64,000 bases of DNA, taken from NCBI GenBank assembly GCA_965233055.1, contig CBDDRJ010000015.1:2457-66456 (forward strand). The letters run 5' to 3'. The translations under genes and the position numbers were made by a program. This document shows, in pieces, positions 1 to 9,479 of this stretch (position 1 is its first letter; each line of letters begins with the position of its first letter). The stretch is from an uncultured bacterium (GTDB lineage Bacteria; Pseudomonadota; Gammaproteobacteria; Burkholderiales; Burkholderiaceae_D). Under the pieces are notes generated by a model. The model saw only the letters and a list, made by a program, of their open reading frames with translations, did no database searches and was not told the DNA's origin.

Positions 1-75
1 AACGACAGCACTGCCTCGCCCCAGGTGGAGAGCCACCTGTCGCCGGCCAGCCTGGCAGTGGGCGCCTGCTACTGA
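1..75 (+). CDS. 3' end of an upstream gene (partial). The product cannot be determined; it is possibly another component of the adjacent ABC transporter.
   Basis: The frame is open from the window edge and ends ...LAVGACY*. Its TGA at 73-75 overlaps the ATG (75-77) of the next permease gene. Confidence 0.3.
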   Translation, partial: NDSTASPQVESHLSPASLAVGACY

Positions 76-899
76 TGCCGGCTCTGCGCCACCCCGATCC
101 GGCCTGGCATTGGCGCCTGACCCTGTGTGCGCTCGGCGTGCTGCTGCTGTGGCCGATGCTGGTGCTGTCCGAATTCAAGCCGTGGATCCTGTTCGACAGC
201 CAGAGCCTGTCTGCGGCCGGGCGCTTCCTGCAGCAGTTCCTGCGGCCGGCGCTGGACAGCCAATTCCTGCTGATGGTGCTGCGCGAGACCTGGCAGACGG
301 TGGCCATCGCCACCTGCGGCCTGACCCTGGCCCTGCTGGGCGCGATTCCGGCCACCCTGATCGTTACCGAACGGCTGTCGATTTCGCGCCTGGGCACCGG
401 CCGCATGGGGCCACTGGCACGGCTGGTGCGGCAAGCCGTGCGCTGGGTGCTGGTGCTGCTGCGCAGTGTGCCCGAGCTGGTGTGGGCGCTGCTGTTCGTG
501 CGCGTGGTCGGCCTCGGCCCCACGGCCGGCGTGCTGGCGATCGCCCTCACCTACTGCGGCATGCTGGGCAAGGTGTACGCCGAGATCCTCGAGTCGGGCG
601 ATGCGCAGGCCAGCAACGCCCTGCTGGTCAATGGCAGCTCCCGCCTGCAGGCCCTGCTGTACGGAGCCCTGCCCGAATCGTCGTCCGAACTGGTGTCCTA
701 CACCGTCTACCGCTGGGAATGCGCGATCCGCGGCTCGGCCGTCATGGGCTTCGTCGGCGCCGGCGGCCTCGGCCAGCGCATGGATGAATCGACCAGGATG
801 ATGGCCGGCGGCGAAGTGTCGACGATGCTGATCGTGTTCATCCTGCTGGTCGCGCTGGCCGACCTGGTGTCCAGGCTGCTGCGCCGGAGGCTGGGATGA
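75..899 (+). CDS. phnE: Phosphonate/phosphite-type ABC transporter permease (PhnE family)
   Basis: The protein is 274 aa and polytopic. It has the segments LRSVPELVWALLFVRVVGLGPTAGVLAIALTYCGMLGKVYAEILE and YRWECAIRGSAVMGFVGAGGLGQ, which are typical of PhnE permeases. It overlaps the next permease gene by 4 nt. Confidence 0.75.
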   Translation: MPALRHPDPAWHWRLTLCALGVLLLWPMLVLSEFKPWILFDSQSLSAAGRFLQQFLRPALDSQFLLMVLRETWQTVAIATCGLTLALLGAIPATLIVTERLSISRLGTGRMGPLARLVRQAVRWVLVLLRSVPELVWALLFVRVVGLGPTAGVLAIALTYCGMLGKVYAEILESGDAQASNALLVNGSSRLQALLYGALPESSSELVSYTVYRWECAIRGSAVMGFVGAGGLGQRMDESTRMMAGGEVSTMLIVFILLVALADLVSRLLRRRLG

Positions 900-1708
900 T
901 GGCGCCGCTGCCCGTGCGTCGTGCCGGCTGCCCGCTTGCGCCCCGGCGCTCGCCCGGCACGGTGCTGCTGGTGGCGGGGCTGGTGTTGCTGGTGGTGGCC
1001 AGCTTCGCCTCGCTGCCTTTGACATGGTCGGAATTTTTCACGCCGGGGGCAGCCGGCACCACGCTCGAGTTCCTGGCCGGCTTTGCGCCGCCCGACACTG
1101 CGCCAGCCTTCCTGGCCAGGACTGCCTGGGCCACGCTCGAAACGCTGTCGATGTCCCTGTTGGGCACGCTGCTGGCCGTCATCGGCGGCCTGCTGCTGGC
1201 GCTGCCCGCGTCAGGCCGCTTCGGGCGTGCGCCGCGCGCCGTCACCCGCATGCTGCAAAATATATTGCGCTCGATTCCCGAACTGGTCTGGGCTTCGCTG
1301 CTGCTGGTCGCCGCCGGCCTGGGGCCGTTCGCCGGCACGCTGGCGCTGGGGCTGCACACGGCCGGCGTGCTGGGGCGCCTGTTCGCCGACGCGCTGGAGA
1401 ACGCCGCGCCGCTGCCGGTGCAGACGCTGCGCACCAATGGCGCAGGCCAGGTCGCAGCCTTCCTGTACGCGACGCTGCCGCAGACGCTGCCGCAGATGCT
1501 GTCGTATGCGCTGTACCGCTGGGAGAACAATATCCGTGCCGCCGCCATCCTCGGCGTGGTCGGTGCCGGCGGCCTCGGCCAGATGCTCAAATACCACCTG
1601 TCGCTGTTCCAGACCCACAGCGCCGCCACGGTCGTCATTGCGATGCTGCTGCTGGTGGCCGCCGTCGACGCGATCAGCTTCGCCACGCGCCGCGCGCTGA
1701 CCCGGTGA
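896..1708 (+). CDS. phnE: Second PhnE-family ABC transporter permease
   Basis: The protein is 270 aa. It has LRSIPELVWASLLLVAAGLGPFAGTLALGLHTAGVLGRLFADALE and YRWENNIRAAAILGVVGAGGLGQ. It is a paralog of the preceding gene. Confidence 0.8.
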   Translation: MMAPLPVRRAGCPLAPRRSPGTVLLVAGLVLLVVASFASLPLTWSEFFTPGAAGTTLEFLAGFAPPDTAPAFLARTAWATLETLSMSLLGTLLAVIGGLLLALPASGRFGRAPRAVTRMLQNILRSIPELVWASLLLVAAGLGPFAGTLALGLHTAGVLGRLFADALENAAPLPVQTLRTNGAGQVAAFLYATLPQTLPQMLSYALYRWENNIRAAAILGVVGAGGLGQMLKYHLSLFQTHSAATVVIAMLLLVAAVDAISFATRRALTR

Positions 1709-1977
1709 ATTCCTCTTTGCGCGCCACCTGAAACAAGGGGGCGCCGCAAAAAACGACAAATCCCCCGTTTAGACCGGTTTGGAACGAACTTCTCCGCCCA
1801 ATTGAGGAAAAATCACTATTTTTCTGCGATAATTTTATCAATGATGCTGTGAACACATTCTTATCGTAGTATTATTAAATATTAACAAATCGCTGCCGAT
1901 GTACCAAATATGAACATGCGTGTCCCACTCGTCGACGGCGCCGACGCCGCCAACCCAGCACTCATTGGAGGAGTACG

Positions 1978-2265
1978 ATGAACGTACGGCAAAAGAAACT
2001 GGAAATGATCGAAGCGATGAATCGCGCGCGCGCGCTCGAGCCGTCGAGCTTCGTCCCGAACAAGCTGCTCGATACCCTGATCGAGAAAATGAAACTCAAG
2101 AATGACGCCGAGCTGTGCCGCGTGCTCGAAGTGCAGCCGCCGATCATCAGCAAGATCCGCCACCGCAAGCTGGCGGTGGGCGCGACGATCCTGCTGCGCA
2201 TGCATGAGAAGTCGGAACTGAGCATCCGCGAACTGAAGGAACTGACCAGCGCTTCGATGCACTGA
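1978..2265 (+). CDS. Small putative DNA-binding protein (HTH-like), function unknown
   Basis: The ORF is 95 aa. A GGAGGA Shine-Dalgarno sits 6 nt upstream and an AT-rich promoter region lies at 1760-1970. The segment AELCRVLEVQPPIISKIRHRK looks like a helix-turn-helix. Confidence 0.55.
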   Translation: MNVRQKKLEMIEAMNRARALEPSSFVPNKLLDTLIEKMKLKNDAELCRVLEVQPPIISKIRHRKLAVGATILLRMHEKSELSIRELKELTSASMH

Positions 2266-2278
2266 GCGCTTCAACACG

Positions 2279-2318
2279 AACGGCGGCGTCCGGCGCACCC
2301 GCGCCGCGCGCCGCCGTT
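2279..2318. terminator. GC-rich hairpin between convergent genes (candidate bidirectional terminator)
   Basis: AACGGCGGCG (2279-2288) pairs with CGCCGCCGTT (2309-2318), with an inner GGCGC/GCGCC pairing. The T-run is weak. Confidence 0.4.
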
Positions 2319-2329
2319 TGCATGGTGGT

Positions 2330-2785
2330 TCAGGATTTTTTCGGACGACCGGTCTTCAGCTGCGGCAGGCCGGACAGCACCTGCCTGAGGGCCGCCAGGT
2401 CGAGCTGCTTGAGCAAGGCGACGCCGGCGCGCAGCAGTTCGCTCTTTTTCACTTCGACCCCCGCCTTCAGGCAAGCCTTCTTGACCAGGCCCAGCACCGC
2501 GTATTCGTCGTCGGGCATGGTGAAGCTGTCGCGCACCAGTTTTGGCTTGTGCACTTTGACCTTGGGTACTGCAGGCGGCTTGGCAGCAGGCCCCTTTGCT
2601 GCAGGCGCCTTCGCTGCAGGCGCGGCTGGGGCAAGCGGCGCCACCTTGGCCACTGGCTTTGGTTCCGCCTTTGCCACAGGCTTGCGGGGCGCTGGCTTGG
2701 CAGCAGCTTTCGCCACTGGCTTCCTGGCGGCCGGCTTCCTGGCGGCCGGCTTGGCTGCAGCCGCTTTCTTGACTGGTTTTTCCAT
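2330..2785 (-). CDS. Histone H1-like lysine/alanine/proline-repeat protein (nucleoid-associated, putative)
   Basis: The protein is 151 aa. The N-terminal ~80 aa is AKP low complexity (KPAARKPAARKPVAKAAAKPAPRKPVAK). The C-terminal is a globular domain beginning FTMPDDEYAVLGLVKKACLKAG. Confidence 0.65.
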   Translation of the reverse strand: MEKPVKKAAAAKPAARKPAARKPVAKAAAKPAPRKPVAKAEPKPVAKVAPLAPAAPAAKAPAAKGPAAKPPAVPKVKVHKPKLVRDSFTMPDDEYAVLGLVKKACLKAGVEVKKSELLRAGVALLKQLDLAALRQVLSGLPQLKTGRPKKS

Positions 2786-2824
2786 TTTTCGCTCCGAGTT
2801 TATCGAATAAACAGTATATACGAT

Positions 2825-3937
2825 TTATTCCATTTCCGCTTCAGCATCGCGGAACTCGGTCGCAATCTGCGCGAACCTGGCTTCGATGGCAAAAAAGGCG
2901 TCGAGGATATCCGGGTCAAAATGGGTGCCACGCCCCTTCTTCATGATGTCCATCGCCTCCTGGTGGCTGAAGGCCGGCTTGTAGACGCGCTTGGAGATGA
3001 GCGCGTCGTACACGTCGGCCACCGCCATCAGGCGCGCCGACACGGGAATGGCCTCGCCGCTCAGGTTCTCCGGATAGCCGGAACCGTCCCACTTCTCCTG
3101 GTGCGAATGGGCGATCTCGCGCGCGAACCGGAGGAAGTCGTTACTGCCGCCGATGAACTTCTCGACGATCATGATGGTGTCGCGCCCGTACACGGTATGC
3201 AGCTTCATGATGTCGAACTCGTCGCTGTCGAGCTTGCCCGGCTTGAGCAGGATGCGGTCGGGAATGCCGACCTTGCCGATATCGTGCAGCGGCGCGCATT
3301 TGAACAGCAGCTCGATGTTCTTTTCGGTCAGCACACTTGAAAAACGCGGGTGGGGAGCGAGCTGGCGGGCCAGCGCCTGCACATAGTTCTGGGTGCGGCG
3401 GATATGATTGCCGGTCTCGTTGTCGCGCGTTTCGGCCATGGTCGCCATCGCCATGATGGTCGCGTCCTGCATCAGCGACAGCTGCATGGTGCGCTCGGCC
3501 ACCTTCCGTTCCAGTATCTCGTTCTGGTTCTGCAGCAGGGCGCGCGCATTCTTGAGCGTGAGCTGGGTCGCCACGCGGGCAAACAGGATCGGCGGGCTGA
3601 TCGGCTTGGTCAGGTAGTCGACCGCGCCCATCGTCAGGCCCATCGCCTCGTCTTCGACCAGTCCCTTGGCGGTCAGGAAGATCACCGGGATGTCGGCCGT
3701 CGCCGGGTTCGCCTTGAGCAGGCGGCAGGTCTCGTAGCCGTCCACATCGGGCATCATCACGTCGAGCAGGATCAGGTCGAGGTCGGGCGAACTGGCCGCG
3801 ATCGACAGCGCCGTGTTGCCGTTGGTAGCAACCTTGGTATTGTATTTTTCCTTGAGCAGGCGCGACAGCAGCATGATGTTGTCTGGCGTGTCATCGACGA
3901 TCAGGATCGTCGGTTTGGTCTTGTGTTGGCCGGTCAT
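2825..3937 (-). CDS. Response regulator with HD-GYP c-di-GMP phosphodiesterase output domain
   Basis: The receiver has ILIVDDTPDN...ILLDVMMPDVDGYE...LTAKG. The output domain has the HD (LHDIGKVGIP) and GYP (HQEKWDGSGYP) motifs. Confidence 0.85.
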   Translation of the reverse strand: MTGQHKTKPTILIVDDTPDNIMLLSRLLKEKYNTKVATNGNTALSIAASSPDLDLILLDVMMPDVDGYETCRLLKANPATADIPVIFLTAKGLVEDEAMGLTMGAVDYLTKPISPPILFARVATQLTLKNARALLQNQNEILERKVAERTMQLSLMQDATIMAMATMAETRDNETGNHIRRTQNYVQALARQLAPHPRFSSVLTEKNIELLFKCAPLHDIGKVGIPDRILLKPGKLDSDEFDIMKLHTVYGRDTIMIVEKFIGGSNDFLRFAREIAHSHQEKWDGSGYPENLSGEAIPVSARLMAVADVYDALISKRVYKPAFSHQEAMDIMKKGRGTHFDPDILDAFFAIEARFAQIATEFRDAEAEME

Positions 3938-3956
3938 GGGCTATCCATCATTGTCG

Positions 3957-6900
3957 TTATGCGGTGTCGTCATCGAGCTCAGCCAGAATCCTGATGGCGT
4001 CGTCGAATTCATAGCGCGCCAGGTGTCCGGCGAGGCGGTCCAGCTTTGGTGCCGGCAAGGCCGCTGCCAGGCTGGCGCGCACGCTGTCGAAGTAATCGGT
4101 GGTGTCGCCCGAGAATTCCTCGAGCAAGCCGCGCAGGTGGGCGATGGCCTGCGGCGCGCTGTCGGCGCAGGCCGGCACCGTCCTGGCGGCGTTTGGCGCC
4201 GCGCCGTCGAAGTAGCGGTCCAGGCCGGCCAGCACCAGCATCAGGGCGTTGTCGAGGGCATTGATCTTTTCGAGCGCTTCGCCCGGGTCCGGCGCCGCAC
4301 TGCCGAGCAGCTCTTCGACCGCCTGGGCGCAGGCCTGCACGTCGCGCGCGCCGACATTGCCGGCCACCCCGCGCAGCGCATGGGCGCGCGCGCTGGCGTC
4401 CTGTTGCAAGCCGTTCTGCGCGTCTTCGCGGATCTCCTGCACCGCATTGCGCTGCGACGAGCGGAAGCGCTCGAGCAGCTGCTGGTACAGCACCGTATTG
4501 CCCGCCACGTGGCGCAGGCCCAGCACCGAGTCGACGCCCGACAGGCCAGGCAGGGCCGCCGCTTCGCGCTGAGGGGCAGCGGTGCGGGCCGGCATCGCAT
4601 GGCCGAGCCAGCGCGCCAGCGTGCTGTAGAGCTTTTCCGGATCGATCGGCTTGGTCACATAGTCCTGCATGCCCTCGGCAAAGCAGCGCTCGCGGATCTC
4701 GGCCAGCGCGTGGGCCGTCATGGCGATCACCGGCAGCGAATTGAAGCGCGGGTCGCGGCGCAGGGCGATGGTGGCCTCGTGGCCGTCCATCAACGGCATT
4801 TCCAGGTCCATCAGCACCAGGCCATAGCCCTGCGGGCCGGCCTGCATCAGTTTTTCCAGCGCCTGCGCGCCGGTGCTGGCGACATCGACGCTGATGCCCT
4901 GCACTGCCATCAGCTCGCGCGCGATCTGCTGGTTGACCTGGTTGTCCTCGACCAGCAGCACCTTGACGGCGTAGTTGCGTGGGTCGGGCGACTCGCCCGC
5001 CACGCTCGGCGCCGACAGCGGCACGAACAGCGACACCAGCGTGTCGACCAGCACCGACTGGCCGATCGGCTTGAACAGGAAGGCATTGACGCCAGCCGAC
5101 TCGGCCTCGCGCTGCACTTCCTCGCGGCCGAAGGCAGTCACCAGCACGATCGACGGCTTCGATTGCAGCGTCAAGTCCTGCTTGACCGAGCGCGCCAGCG
5201 CAATGCCGTCCATCTCGGGCATCTGCCAGTCGGTCAGCATCAGGCGGTAAGGGTCGCCGACGGCGTCGGCCGCCTGTACCTTGGCCAGTGCATCAACGCC
5301 GCTGGCGGCGGTATCGACCCGCAGCGGCAATGCCTGCAGGGCTTCCTCCATGATGTCGAGCGCGATGGCGCTGTCGTCGACCAGCAGCACGCGCGCATTG
5401 GCCAGCGCGGCCGGCGTGGCGGCGACCCGTTCGGGCAGGCCGGACAGGGCGAATTCGAGGTCGAAATGGAAGGTCGAACCGACGCCGGGTTCGGTCCGCA
5501 CCGCGATCGTGCCGCCCATCAGTTCCACCAGCTGCTGCGAAATCGACAAGCCCAGGCCGGTGCCGCCGTATTCGCGCGTGGTCGAGCCGTTGGCCTGGCT
5601 AAAGGCGCGGAACAGCTTGGCCTTCTGCTGCGCCGTCATGCCGATGCCGGTGTCGCGCACGGCGAAGCGCAGCGTCACGCGCGACGCTTCCGGGTCGCCG
5701 ATGCGGGTCACGGACAACTCGAGCTCGCCCGCCTCGGTGAACTTGACGGCGTTGTTGACCAGGTTGATCAGTACCTGGCCCAGGCGCAGCGGGTCGCCCA
5801 CCAGGTGGCGCGGGATCGTGTGCGGCACATGGAACAGGTATTCGAGCTGCTTGTCGGTGGCCTTCTGGCTGGTGACGCTGGCCACATTCGACAGCACGTC
5901 GTCGAGGAAGAACGGGATTTCCTCGACATCGAGCTTGCCGGCCTCGATCTTCGAGAAGTCGAGGATGTCGTTGATGATGCCCAGCAGCGACATGGCGGCA
6001 CGGTGGATCTTGCCGACATAGTCGAGCTGCTTCGGATTGAGGTCGGTGCGCAGCGCCAGGTAGGCCATGCCGATGATGGCGCTCATCGGGGTGCGGATCT
6101 CGTGGCTCATATTGGCCAGGAACTCGGACTTGGCCACGTTGGCCGCCTCGGCCCGCACATTGGCCGACAGCAGCGACTGCTCGCGCTCGCGCCGTTCGCT
6201 GATGTCGCGGATGAATGAGCAGAACTCGTAGTCCTTGTCGTCGGCCGTGCGCACCTGGGTGATGGCCAGCTCGATCGGGAATTCGGTGCCGTCGCGGCGC
6301 AGCGCGTAGATCTCGATGCGGGTATCGAGCACGGCGCCGCTGCCGCTGGCCATATAGCGCTGCATGCCGTGCCGGTGCGCTTCGCGGTAGCGTTCCGGGA
6401 TGATGCACTCGTCGAGCGGACGGCCCAGCGCTTCGTCGCGCGACCAGCCGAAGATTTTTTCGGCCTGCTTGTTCCAGCCGACCACGCGTCCCATCAGGTC
6501 CATCCGCACCACCGCGTCGAGCGCGGTATCGACGATCGTCTGCAGCTTGGCCTGGCTGTCGCGCGCAATGCGGATCGAGCTGGTCAACTCATGGGTGCGC
6601 TCGTCGATCTTGTGCTCGAGGTCTTCATTGAGCTCGCGCAGCTGCTGCTCGATGCGCTTGCGCTCTGAGATATCGCGCACCGTCGCCTGCAGCACCTGGC
6701 GTCCGCCGTAGTCGAACGCCGACAGCAGCACTTCGGCCGGGAAGTCGCTGCCGTCGAGGCGGCGGTGGATCCATTCGAAGCGCGCCTGCCCGCTCTTCAT
6801 GGCCATCTCGATGCGCTCGTTGGCGGCGATGAACGAGTCGCGGCCGTCGGCCTGGGTCGGCGGCGACAGCGTCGACGGGTGGCATTTGACGAAGGCGTCC

Positions 6901-7922
6901 TTGTTCGGCATGCCGAACATCTCGAGCGTGTGCTTGTTGCAGTCGAAGAAGCCCTGCTCGGTCAGCAGCATCAGCGCGTCATTGGTGCCTTCGAAAATCG
7001 CATTGAGGCGGTCGACCATGCGGCTCTTCTCGTCGAGCAGCGCGGTGGTCACCTGCTCGGCCTTGTGCAGGCTGGTCAGGGTGTCGCGGAAGCGCCGCAC
7101 CGCGACCGACAGGCGGCCGATCTGGTCCTGCCGGTGCAGGCCCGACAGCGCGATATCGGTGTCGCCGCGCGCCAGCTTCTCGAGCGCGTCCTGGATATCG
7201 CCGAACGGCTTGGCCAGGCGGTGGCCGATGAAGAAGATGCTGACCACGACGGTCAGCGTCAGCAGCAGGTTGCCGATCGCCGAATGCAGGATCTGGCGCT
7301 GCAGGTCGTGCTCGATCTGGGCGCGCGAAAACGCCAGCTCCAGCGCGCCGACTGAATAGACGCGGTTGCCGTCGGTGTAGCTGATCGTGCGCCGCACCTG
7401 CACCGCCATCTCGGGCCGGTCGCCGTCGTTGGCGCCCAGGCTGGCCAGCACGGTGCCATTGGGCGCCAGCACGCGCAGCATCAGCACCTCGGGCGTGGCG
7501 CCGAGCGCATCGACGACGCTGGCCACGGCCGCGCCGTTGACATCGAACAGCGGCCGTGCCAGCGCCTGCGACAGCACCTTGGCCTGGCGCTCGACGCGCT
7601 CGTTCAACTGGACGTTGGCGTCGTGCCGCAGCGTGATGGTGGCATAGGTGGTGTAGCCGCCGCTGGTCAGCGCAACGGTCAGGAAGATGCCGACGGCCAG
7701 CCGGATCAGGATGTTCTGGTGCCAGCTGGCCAGCAGGCGCGCCCACAGGCCGCGCGCTGGCGCGCCGCCTGCCGCACCAAGCTTGGCCGCGTTATGCGGG
7801 TCCGGCTTAATGGCTGCCTCCGTCGCCGCCGGCCCGCTTGCGGTAGGCCGGGCTATTGCGCACTTCCTCGATGGTTTTCCAGATCTTCTCGGCCAGTTGC
7901 GGGTTCGACGCCACCAGCGCAT
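3957..7922 (-). CDS. Hybrid sensor histidine kinase (periplasmic domain-HAMP-PAS-PAS-HisKA-HATPase-REC-REC-HPt)
   Basis: The H-box is SEFLANMSHEIRTPMSAI and the ATPase motifs are DTGIGM...GGTGLGLSI. Two receivers are present (LLVDDS...LTDWQMPEMDG and LLVEDNQVN...LMDLEMPLMDG), plus an HPt (AHALRGVAGNVGA). The listed ATG at 7922 overlaps the upstream gene by 116 nt, so the true start is probably downstream at about 7750-7810. Confidence 0.85.
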   Translation of the reverse strand: MRWWRRTRNWPRRSGKPSRKCAIARPTASGPAATEAAIKPDPHNAAKLGAAGGAPARGLWARLLASWHQNILIRLAVGIFLTVALTSGGYTTYATITLRHDANVQLNERVERQAKVLSQALARPLFDVNGAAVASVVDALGATPEVLMLRVLAPNGTVLASLGANDGDRPEMAVQVRRTISYTDGNRVYSVGALELAFSRAQIEHDLQRQILHSAIGNLLLTLTVVVSIFFIGHRLAKPFGDIQDALEKLARGDTDIALSGLHRQDQIGRLSVAVRRFRDTLTSLHKAEQVTTALLDEKSRMVDRLNAIFEGTNDALMLLTEQGFFDCNKHTLEMFGMPNKDAFVKCHPSTLSPPTQADGRDSFIAANERIEMAMKSGQARFEWIHRRLDGSDFPAEVLLSAFDYGGRQVLQATVRDISERKRIEQQLRELNEDLEHKIDERTHELTSSIRIARDSQAKLQTIVDTALDAVVRMDLMGRVVGWNKQAEKIFGWSRDEALGRPLDECIIPERYREAHRHGMQRYMASGSGAVLDTRIEIYALRRDGTEFPIELAITQVRTADDKDYEFCSFIRDISERREREQSLLSANVRAEAANVAKSEFLANMSHEIRTPMSAIIGMAYLALRTDLNPKQLDYVGKIHRAAMSLLGIINDILDFSKIEAGKLDVEEIPFFLDDVLSNVASVTSQKATDKQLEYLFHVPHTIPRHLVGDPLRLGQVLINLVNNAVKFTEAGELELSVTRIGDPEASRVTLRFAVRDTGIGMTAQQKAKLFRAFSQANGSTTREYGGTGLGLSISQQLVELMGGTIAVRTEPGVGSTFHFDLEFALSGLPERVAATPAALANARVLLVDDSAIALDIMEEALQALPLRVDTAASGVDALAKVQAADAVGDPYRLMLTDWQMPEMDGIALARSVKQDLTLQSKPSIVLVTAFGREEVQREAESAGVNAFLFKPIGQSVLVDTLVSLFVPLSAPSVAGESPDPRNYAVKVLLVEDNQVNQQIARELMAVQGISVDVASTGAQALEKLMQAGPQGYGLVLMDLEMPLMDGHEATIALRRDPRFNSLPVIAMTAHALAEIRERCFAEGMQDYVTKPIDPEKLYSTLARWLGHAMPARTAAPQREAAALPGLSGVDSVLGLRHVAGNTVLYQQLLERFRSSQRNAVQEIREDAQNGLQQDASARAHALRGVAGNVGARDVQACAQAVEELLGSAAPDPGEALEKINALDNALMLVLAGLDRYFDGAAPNAARTVPACADSAPQAIAHLRGLLEEFSGDTTDYFDSVRASLAAALPAPKLDRLAGHLARYEFDDAIRILAELDDDTA

Positions 7923-8595
7923 GCGACAGCAGCAGGAAATAAGGCTTCTCGATCAAGGGCAGCGGCAGCAGTTCGAGCTGGCCGGCCAGCGGGCCGTGCA
8001 TGATCGATGCGGCGTCGCCGCCGCCCATGGCGGCCGCGCCGATGCGCCCGGCCACCAGTTTCTGCGCCAGCTCGATGGCGCGCTGGCTGCCTTCGTCGAC
8101 CGGCACACTGAGGCCGCGCAGGAAGTCGCCCACCGAGTAGCCCAGCTGGACGCCGACCGTCCCCTCCAGCTTGCTCAAGGCCTTGCCGTCCCACTCGACC
8201 GTGCTGCCCTTGCGGCGCACCAGCATATAGCGGTCGATATGCAGGCGGGCCCTGGCATCGGGCTGCTTGCCGCCGGGGTAGGCGCCGATCTCGAGCCGGT
8301 CCGGCTTGAAGCTGACGGCAAACGCGCCGCCCACCTCATTGGCGCGCACCTGGGCCAGGCAGCGCTTCCACGGCATGCTCTGGTAGTCGAACGAGATGCC
8401 GAGCCTGGCCTCGACCTGGCGCAGCAGGGCAAAATTATGGCCCTCGCCCTTGATCGTGCGCCACGGCGGCACGTCGGCCCGCTCGAAACACAGGGTAATG
8501 GTTTCCTTGGCCACCGCCGGAACGGCAACGAGCATGCACATCAGCAGGCTGCCGGCGCAGACGGCGCAGGCAGAAAAAAACGAGCTTCCCCGCAT
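7807..8595 (-). CDS. Periplasmic solute-binding protein, family-3-like, with no cognate permease nearby
   Basis: The protein is 262 aa with a signal peptide. It has ITLCFERADVPPWRT. It is a paralog of 8665-9426 and a more distant paralog of 16898-17731. Confidence 0.7.
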   Translation of the reverse strand: MRGSSFFSACAVCAGSLLMCMLVAVPAVAKETITLCFERADVPPWRTIKGEGHNFALLRQVEARLGISFDYQSMPWKRCLAQVRANEVGGAFAVSFKPDRLEIGAYPGGKQPDARARLHIDRYMLVRRKGSTVEWDGKALSKLEGTVGVQLGYSVGDFLRGLSVPVDEGSQRAIELAQKLVAGRIGAAAMGGGDAASIMHGPLAGQLELLPLPLIEKPYFLLLSHALVASNPQLAEKIWKTIEEVRNSPAYRKRAGGDGGSH

Positions 8596-8664
8596 GTGTT
8601 TCCCTTGAGCTAAGTATCAAGCGATAGTGTATGCAAAAAACCCGTCAACGTGGAATATTTTGCA

Positions 8665-9426
8665 TCATTTCCCGATGCCGTCGGCAGCCTCGTGCTCCAG
8701 CTTCTGGTAGGCCGGACTGGTCCGCACTTCCTCGACCGTCTTCCACAGCTGCCGGGCCAGCGCCGGGTTATTGGTGGCGAGCTTGCGCGACAGGATGAGG
8801 AAGTACGGTTTTTCGATCAGCTTCACCGGAAGCACCTCCAGCTGGGCAGCCAGCGGGCCTTTCATCACCGACGCCACGTCGGTATCGAACACGGCAGCGG
8901 CGGCCAGCCGCCCGGCCGCCACCTGGCGCGCCAGTTCGCCGGCCCGCACATTGAGTTCATCGACCCGCAGTTTCTGGTCGCGCAGGAATTCGCCCACCGA
9001 GTAGCCGAGCTGAAAGCCGACCAGGCCGTCGACTTTGGTAAACTGCCTGCCGTCCCAGCTGATGGTGCTGCCCTTGCGGCGCACCAGGCTGTAATTGGCC
9101 GTATGCATCCGCTTGCTGGCGTCGGGCACGTCACCGCCCGGGTAGGCGCCCATCGGCGCCCGGTTGCGGCTGAAGCTGACCGAGAACGCGCCATCGACCT
9201 CGCTGGCTGCCAGCTTGGCCAGGCAGCGCTTCCACGGCAGGCTGTCGTATCTGAAGTCGATGTCGAGCCGGGCCGAGACCTGGCTCAGCAGGGCGAAATT
9301 GAGTCCGCCGCCGTCGACCGTGCGCCACGGCGGCACGTCCTTGCGCTCGAAGCACAGCGACAGGGTGTCGCGGGCCAGCACGGGGCTGGCCAGCACCAGG
9401 CAAATCAGGGCAAGGGCGCATCGCAT
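8665..9426 (-). CDS. Periplasmic solute-binding protein, family-3-like (paralog)
   Basis: The ATG at 9426 gives 253 aa starting MRCALALICLVLASPVLA (signal peptide) and LSLCFERKDVPPWRT. The 465-aa tracked ORF is an upstream extension that runs antisense through ppx. Confidence 0.7.
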   Translation of the reverse strand: MRCALALICLVLASPVLARDTLSLCFERKDVPPWRTVDGGGLNFALLSQVSARLDIDFRYDSLPWKRCLAKLAASEVDGAFSVSFSRNRAPMGAYPGGDVPDASKRMHTANYSLVRRKGSTISWDGRQFTKVDGLVGFQLGYSVGEFLRDQKLRVDELNVRAGELARQVAAGRLAAAAVFDTDVASVMKGPLAAQLEVLPVKLIEKPYFLILSRKLATNNPALARQLWKTVEEVRTSPAYQKLEHEAADGIGK

Positions 9427-9479
9427 AAGCCACTCTACCGCGTGGCTTTGCAATTGTCTATTGCGGCATTGCTCGCCGC

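Noticed and set aside
2786-2824. The AT hairpin GAATAAA-(13 nt)-TTTATTC between the HD-GYP gene and the AKP-protein gene, considered as a terminator.
   Set aside because: The stem is only 7 bp of A/T with a large loop. That is too weak to annotate.
3813-6218. An 801-aa ORF on the plus strand, antisense to the hybrid kinase.
   Set aside because: It is a typical high-GC shadow ORF. Its composition is Arg/Ala/Gly/His-rich with no motifs. The opposite strand carries unambiguous HisKA/HATPase/REC motifs.
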